NCBI GenBank assembly: GCA_951406725.2
Contig: OX597832.1
Coordinates: 7,750,001-7,814,000 of the forward strand
Source: Octopus vulgaris
Taxonomy: Eukaryota
Length of the DNA stretch: 64,000 nucleotides
Reading direction: 5' to 3'
Made by a program: the position numbers and the translations under genes. Below the pieces are notes generated by a model. The model saw only the letters and a program-made list of their open reading frames with translations, searched no databases and was not told where the DNA came from. Numbering within the stretch: the stretch's first letter is position 1; each line of letters opens with the position of its first letter. This document shows, piece by piece, positions 57,197-64,000 of this stretch.

Positions 57197-57357
57197 ATGT
57201 GTATACAATTCGGTTAGAGGTTAAATTAGCCTCATTAAAGAATTATATCATCCAATGAATTACTGGTTCAATAACTAATATTTGTTGTGAATAATAATAA
57301 TATTCATAAAACGGTAGGTTTCTATATAGACCATGGTTTATAATCATTCAAAAGAAA

Positions 57358-57920
57358 GTAAGAAAATGGAGATATAGCATTTAATGAAAATTTATTATCG
57401 GCAAAAATCAAACATAGTCCCTTACAGTTGTTTCAATTAAGCCTAAAAGATCAAATAGCTATTATTAAAACCATTATATTAGGGAAAATCTATTCACTGG
57501 GATAGAAAAAGATATACCTATTTCTTTACTACCCACAAGGGGCTAAACACAGAAGGGACAAACAAGGACAGACAAACGGATTAAGTCGATTATATCGACC
57601 CCAGGGCGTAACTGGTCCTTATCTTATCGACCCCGAAAGGATGAAAGGCAAAGTCGACCTCGGCGGGATTTGAACTCAGAACGTAGCGATAGACGAAATA
57701 CTGTTGAGCATTTTGCCCGGCGTGCTAACGATTCTGCCAGATCGCCACCAAGATATACCATTAGGTTTTTTATGTGTTGTATTTTAGAATCCTCACAGCA
57801 GACTTTACCTGATATAATGATTTTAATAATTACTATTTAATCTTTTAATCTTAATTAAAACAGCTGTAAGGGACTGTTCGATTTTTATTTTTATTAAATG
57901 CTATATATCCATATACTTAC
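57358..57920. repeat. Long imperfect inverted repeat interrupted by a SINE
   Basis: Arms ~57358-57502 and ~57789-57920. Confidence 0.75.
57519..57749 (-). mobile_element. SINE family A, full length with TSD
   Basis: TSD AAGATATACC at 57509-57518 and 57750-57759. Confidence 0.9.
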
Positions 57921-58558
57921 TGCAATTCCGCTTCGCCAATGCAGCGTGGATGAGGCTTGCTTCTACTTCTAAGAACCCTTTTTAATCAGCTATGACAACA
58001 ATAGGTATCTCTTGCACCAGGTGTTAAGAGAACTTACCACCTACGCTGATGCACACTTTAATTCTATCATTGTTTTGCGGTTTTCAGATGCAGTCAGCAA
58101 TGGTGTGTAAGTCATGATAGAGATATTGAATATCACGTGTTGTCCATGCCTGCAGCTTTGTAAAGTGAGAAAAAGCTTTGCAAAGAACCGATTCTAATTT
58201 CTCAGCAGCATATACATTTGACACAAAAGAACTATTTTCATGCAAATCAAGTCGCAGGTGTTACATCAGGATCTTTTACTTCACATTTTGTCTAGTGGTT
58301 CTAATAATGTAAAACACAACATCCTATCGCATGATTGATCCCTCGGTGACTAAACCGGTAAACCCAACTTTGCCTAGTTAGGGGCTTCTTTTAATTGGAT
58401 GTGCTGCATGAGATATACCATAACCTACCAAAAGGCGCGGACGAATTCAGTACAGAGAATAATCACCCGAAGCTGGGAGTTAGAGACTACCGAGATTTTG
58501 TTTACACACATACACACACACACACACACATGCATACACATGCAGACTCACACTATGA

Positions 58559-58628
<70 letters not shown>

Positions 58629-58666
58629 AATACAATGTATGCATTTTTGCATGATTGCATGTATGC

Positions 58667-58709
<43 letters not shown>

Positions 58710-58864
58710 TAAACATACAGAGACATATACACACATATATATAGAAAGATACGAGGAGTGCGTGTATATATATATACATACATATGTAAATATGTAATTG
58801 TAAATACCTTGCAACCTTGCAAATGTTGAGATAACAATTAACTAGTAATGGAACAGTAACTGTG

Positions 58865-58897
<33 letters not shown>

Positions 58898-59344
58898 CAC
58901 ATTGCCACGCCATTGTTTTTTTGTTTTCAAGAATTTCGCGTCTGGCACCTACATACATGCAGGCATGTTTGTCGTCACATACGTATATGTATGTTTAATA
59001 ACGTACGTAACACGGAAACACACACACTCACACACACACACACGCACACACACACACTCACGCACACACACACACACACACTCATACACTCATATAAAAA
59101 CGTTACGTCGTCGTCGAGGTATAAAATGTTCCGCACATATTCTCACATGCATATACTAAGATAGACACACAGAGACATACATTTATGCATGTCAGTAGTT
59201 GCATATATATGTATATATATAAAGTTAATCCAAACAAGAAAATACAGAAAAAAACACAGAAAAAAACACAGAAAAAAACACAGCAACGCGAGGACGTGGA
59301 ACAATTAAAGTATTATTTGACGCTCAGGAAAGAAGGGAAGGAGG

Positions 59345-59379
59345 GTTTAACGTTTCGAGTGGAGCTCTTCGTCGGAAAC
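59345..59379 (-). ncRNA. Minimal hammerhead-like motif, variant core CCGACGA
   Basis: Minus strand GTTT-CCGACGA-A-GAG ctcca CTC-GAAA-CG-TT-AAAC; unit 59220-59455 is homologous to 46695-46895. Confidence 0.55.
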
Positions 59380-59451
59380 AAGAAGAAGGAAAGATCCCGA
59401 GAAGGGAAGACAGAGGAAAAAAATATTTTTGCTGGTGGTGCTCAAGAGATC

Positions 59452-59519
<68 letters not shown>

Positions 59520-59522
<3 letters not shown>

Positions 59523-60410
59523 TGTAGATGTGTGTATATTTAATAACGTACCTAACGCGTAAAGACGCACACATACTATAAGACATATACATACGCATAC
59601 ACTTACACACATACACTCACAGACAGATACACAGTCTTATAAAAATGTAATGTCGTTGTCGTCATGGTATGAAATGTCCTGTTGACAATAGAAGGATTAT
59701 CTCTATGAAATGTTATATTGTTTTAATAGAAATGAAAATAAAATTTCGTGTTGACACTGACCAGCACTCACATACATAAAGTAAGATAGAATTTTCGCAT
59801 TGACACTGGCAGACCTCACATACATAGAGTAAGATAGACACACACAGTCATACATTCATTCATGTCAGTCGTCACGTATATAGATGTATGTGTAGATGTG
59901 TGTGTGTGTGTGTGTTTAGTAACGTACCGTTACATATGCATATGTATGCGTAGATGTGTGTATGTTCAATAGCCTACCTAAAGCGGAAAAACAAACATAC
60001 TATTAGGCATATACACACTCATACACTAATACATATACACTCACAGACAGATACACAGCTATATACAAAAATGTGATGCCGTTGTCGTCGTGGAATAAAA
60101 TGTCCTGCTGACAATAGAAAGATTATGTCTATGAAACTATGAAATGTCATATTGTTTTAATCGAAATGAAAATAAAGTTTCGTATTGACGCTGACCAACC
60201 CTCACGTACATATAATTTGTTTAATAACGTACCTAACGCGCAACGACACGCACTTATACACACATACATACATTCACACTCATACACTCACACACATACA
60301 TTCACACTCATACACTCACACACATACATTCACACTCATACACTCACACACATACATTCACACACGTACATTCACACCCATATACAAATTGTAACGTCGT
60401 CGTGGTGATA
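59520..60410. repeat. Diverged local tandem duplication (~425-bp period)
   Basis: 59615-59780 resembles 60040-60212; shared TAATAACGTACCTAACGCG and GTCGTCG motifs, also seen at 58995-59130. Confidence 0.8.
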
Positions 60411-60696
60411 GAATTAATAGTTAAAATATAAATCTGAACTAATATGTCACATTACGACATAGATCTTATTCTTTCACTTTTATTCTTTGGCTTTTGAGAC
60501 ATAATACCGAACCAGTGCCAATGTTGCATTGTTTAAATCCAAATGACAAAACAGTTACATTTTGACTCGCGGGGTCTGAGAGTATTACCATGTAAAATAT
60601 TATATGATCTAGTTAAGCCGTTTGACAATGCATTGGGAACAGAGAGAGAGAGAGAGAGACAAAGGATTTTACATATACAGAATATAGATATGAGGA

Positions 60697-60743
<47 letters not shown>

Positions 60744-61236
60744 ATGCGAAAATATTTTTCCACCTTTGGATTTTCTAGCATCCGTTTTCCCTCGCTATTG
60801 ATTACTATCTAACTATTCTCTCTGATCATGGTTTTACCTAAGTAATACCTGATCTAAATGGATTTAACTCGGTTTCCCCTCCCTTTCTAGGCACAATCGA
60901 CCACAACAACTATCATTGATGAGGAACTTTCTTCCATTGTTACATATGCTTAACCTATCTCTCTGCAATGAAACTCAACACGATGTTCCAATAGCAGGGA
61001 TATCATAGAAACAGCTGTCAGAGACTATCTCTACTTTTTATTATATAGCTGAATTAAATTGTTTGCTTTTCCGTTCTATTTTAACCTTTATATATATATT
61101 TATTAAATTACGGATTAAAAGCAGCAATAGCAATGTAAACATTGTTGATCGAACATACACAAGGTATGTGTATTGTTTATTCGCCGAATTGGCTGCGAAT
61201 ATACCAGTTAGGGAGATACTGGAATAACGCTGGGTG

Positions 61237-61304
61237 CTAAAACACCTGAAACTCAAAGACCAGGCGAGACAACTCGCCTGGTCTTTGAGTTTCAGGTGTT
61301 TTAG
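61237..61304. other. Perfect 32-bp hairpin with a 4-nt loop
   Basis: CTAAAACACCTGAAACTCAAAGACCAGGCGAG-ACAA-exact reverse complement. Confidence 0.95.
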
Positions 61305-61550
61305 GATCGAACCGAAGACAAACTGAATCCCCGGTTTGTGACTATATACAAATAGTGTGAACACTATTTGATTACGTGGCACGGCAATGATTTTCAGGTG
61401 ATTTAACACCCAGCGTTAATTGGAAGCCTTCCGAAATGCTATTCCGTAGTATATGTGATGGGCATATTCAAAAGGTGATTTGAATTCATTTATATTTCCG
61501 CACTCACTTATAAACACATTTATCATATATGCAAGACACTTACACACAGA

Positions 61551-61775
61551 GAGCTGGCAGAAACGTTAGCACGCCGGGCGAAATGCGTAGCCGTATTTCG
61601 TCTGCCGTTGCGTTCTGGGTTCAAATTCCGCCGAGGTCGACTTTGCCTTTCATCCCTTCGGGGTCGATAAATTAAGTACCAGTTACGCACTGGGGTCGAT
61701 GTAATCGACTTAATCGGTTTGTCTGTCCTTGTTTGTCCCCTCTGTGTTTAGCCCCTTGTGGGTAGTAAAGAAATA
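61551..61775 (+). mobile_element. SINE family A, slightly 5'-truncated
   Basis: Near-identical to 11128-11357. Confidence 0.9.
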
Positions 61776-62599
61776 TATATATTCCAGTCGTCTTCGATTT
61801 CTAACGATCACGTTGATATGTCACCACCAGTTTCAAACAATAAATGGGACTGATTCGGAGATACAATTCCGTTTTCATACTTCTTGCCATCGAACCAACT
61901 CATTTGTTGTCGTTCTCATTATCTTGAGACTTCAGTTTTCCAAGCAAATTGCTCTTTTCTCTATTATCTGTATTCAATACATAACCAAGGAATTTTAGTC
62001 ATTACTTGACAATCTATGATTATAAAATACACTCAACCTCACATACTGCTCTATTGATGATGTATACTTCTTTCCATCCCTGATATTGAGGGCGCCAGTT
62101 TTACTTCTCTTTTGTTAACAGTTCATCTCTTACATTCATGCAGTATTACAGGATATACAATAGATTTTAACAATCTCTCATTTGTTCTTTACAATGTTCC
62201 TTTATATTTCATAAGTTTCTCTTGTCATATGAGAAAACTTACTCTTCATCTTTATTTCATTTTATTTCATTTCATTAACAAAAATATGTTTCCAAGAGAA
62301 GTAAAGCTATCTCCAAATACGCAATCTTACATACGATGTTAGATAAATTTATTGGGTTTTCAAAATTTGGTACTACTCTCTCTTGGTTTCCGTAGCATTC
62401 TTTTCAAACACCTTATCATTTCAGCCCCAAATATGCCAACAAGACCGAAACAAGACTTTGCGGTTTTGTGAGGCTAACGGCTTCCTCCTTCTCCTTCTCC
62501 TCCTCCTGCAATTGTTCTCTCTCACACCCATATGTATATGTATGTATGTATATTTTTCGTGTGTGTGTGGGGTTGGGGTCCGTTATATTAATACCAGAA

Positions 62600-62825
62600 T
62601 TAAGGGGGCAATCTTGTAGAAAGGGTAGCACGCCGGATAGAATATTTAGCAGCATTTCATCTGTCTTTACGTTCTGACTTCAAATTATGCTAAGGTCGAC
62701 TTTGTCGTTCAACCCGCCGCGATCGATAAAATAAGTACCAGTCGAGCTTTGGGGTGATGTAATCGACTTCTCCACAACTCAAATTTGCTGGCCTTATGCC
62801 AAAATAAGAATGGTATATTAATATC
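62600..62825 (+). mobile_element. SINE family A, diverged copy
   Basis: Head and core motifs recognisable. Confidence 0.65.
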
Positions 62826-64000
62826 AAAATTACATTAAAGCACACTAATTCACTAACTTTTGAATAAATTGCTTTCAATCGATTCTCTAAATCAGTGATT
62901 CCCAAACGTTTTCGAGCTGTCGCGCCCTTAGCACCCAGGTCACATCAACCAACCACCACTACTCACCACCATAAACATAGATCAAATTAAAAACAATTGT
63001 ATTTCACGAATAAACTTAAGCTACACACACACACATGATAGAAAGTAAACTGAAAAAAGAAAAGGAAGACCAAAATTGCAGTTTTAACTTGTATTTCTAT
63101 ATATCGGGAGCCGGGGGGGGGGGGGGTAGCAGGGCCTCCTAAAACAACATAGCGAAGGACCATTGACAAGGAAAGAAAATGAGAAGGACGGAGAAATTTG
63201 AATGTGACCAGAACATTGGTAAAAAACAGATCTAGTTGAAGGGTTCATGTTGCGAGCCTTCTCCGCCTCATGGCATGGAAAGAACTAACTCACAATGGCC
63301 CAGACTGACTAAAGCTTTTTGAGGGAATTTTGGTAGAAAGTAACTGTATGGAAGTCCATTGTTCCAGCCTTACACCCTGAAATATAGAAATACAAAGTAA
63401 AACTGCAACTTGGTTCTGTTTCCTTTTCGTTTTATAATTTACTTCGTAACTTAAGCTTTCACAAATGAACTTAACCCATTAATTTGTTTTTACATCCATT
63501 GCTCCCTTTTGACCATCCCATTATAGCCCCAAATTTTATTCAAAGTCCTCTCCCGATCTTTCCACCGCTACCTACTACTGCTTTAAACCCTCAGCTCCCC
63601 ATCGAAAGTTGATTCACTCAGAATTTACTCAGAGAAGTGGTGCAGAAGGTGGCTAATGTTGAACTTAATGAGAATAACAACAATAAAAACAAACTGACAT
63701 TCATAAATATTTGAAACACCTATTGTTCACATTTAATTAATCTTTCTTTATTGAAAAAAAATATATGTCCTTAATTACATTTTTGTCTTCAATAGTAGGT
63801 ATGTATTATACAAGTTTTTAATTAAAGCAAATATTTTTTCTCAGAAAGTGTGAGATGTTTTTACACAGCCATGACCTTTTGCTCCGGAAATTGTTCCTTA
63901 ACACAAAGTTTTAGTTATTTGGATGTAGATTGTGACTTACGATTTGGATATATAAGGTACATGCATATCATTCATCTATTACTTGTTTCAGTCATTGGAC

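Overview
AT-rich, repeat-dominated animal genomic DNA with no recognisable intact host gene. The SINE families, LINE remnants and very high microsatellite load resemble a coleoid cephalopod such as Octopus; this is an inference from recalled repeat sequences, not a database result. Almost all listed ORFs are translations of microsatellites. The real content is decayed mobile elements: a MULE transposase, two mariner elements with TIRs, R4/Dong-type RLE LINE remnants, CR1 and RTE fragments, two Penelope-like (PLE) fragments, a Helitron-like element, a TTAA-flanked MITE and many tRNA-derived SINEs. The most notable signal is about seven type-I minimal hammerhead ribozyme (HHR) motifs of the form CUGANGA-helix II-GAAA-palindromic helix III-UH, plus several degenerate ones. 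They fall into at least three families, most lie in short non-coding units next to (TA)n tracts, and one lies just downstream of a Penelope GIY-YIG ORF end. This points to a PLE/retrozyme-like system that includes non-canonical cores. Other observations: perfect hairpins inside old sequence, SINE-in-SINE arrays joined at a GGTAT motif, and a 5'-inverted LINE. All structures were paired by eye; no folding or search was run.
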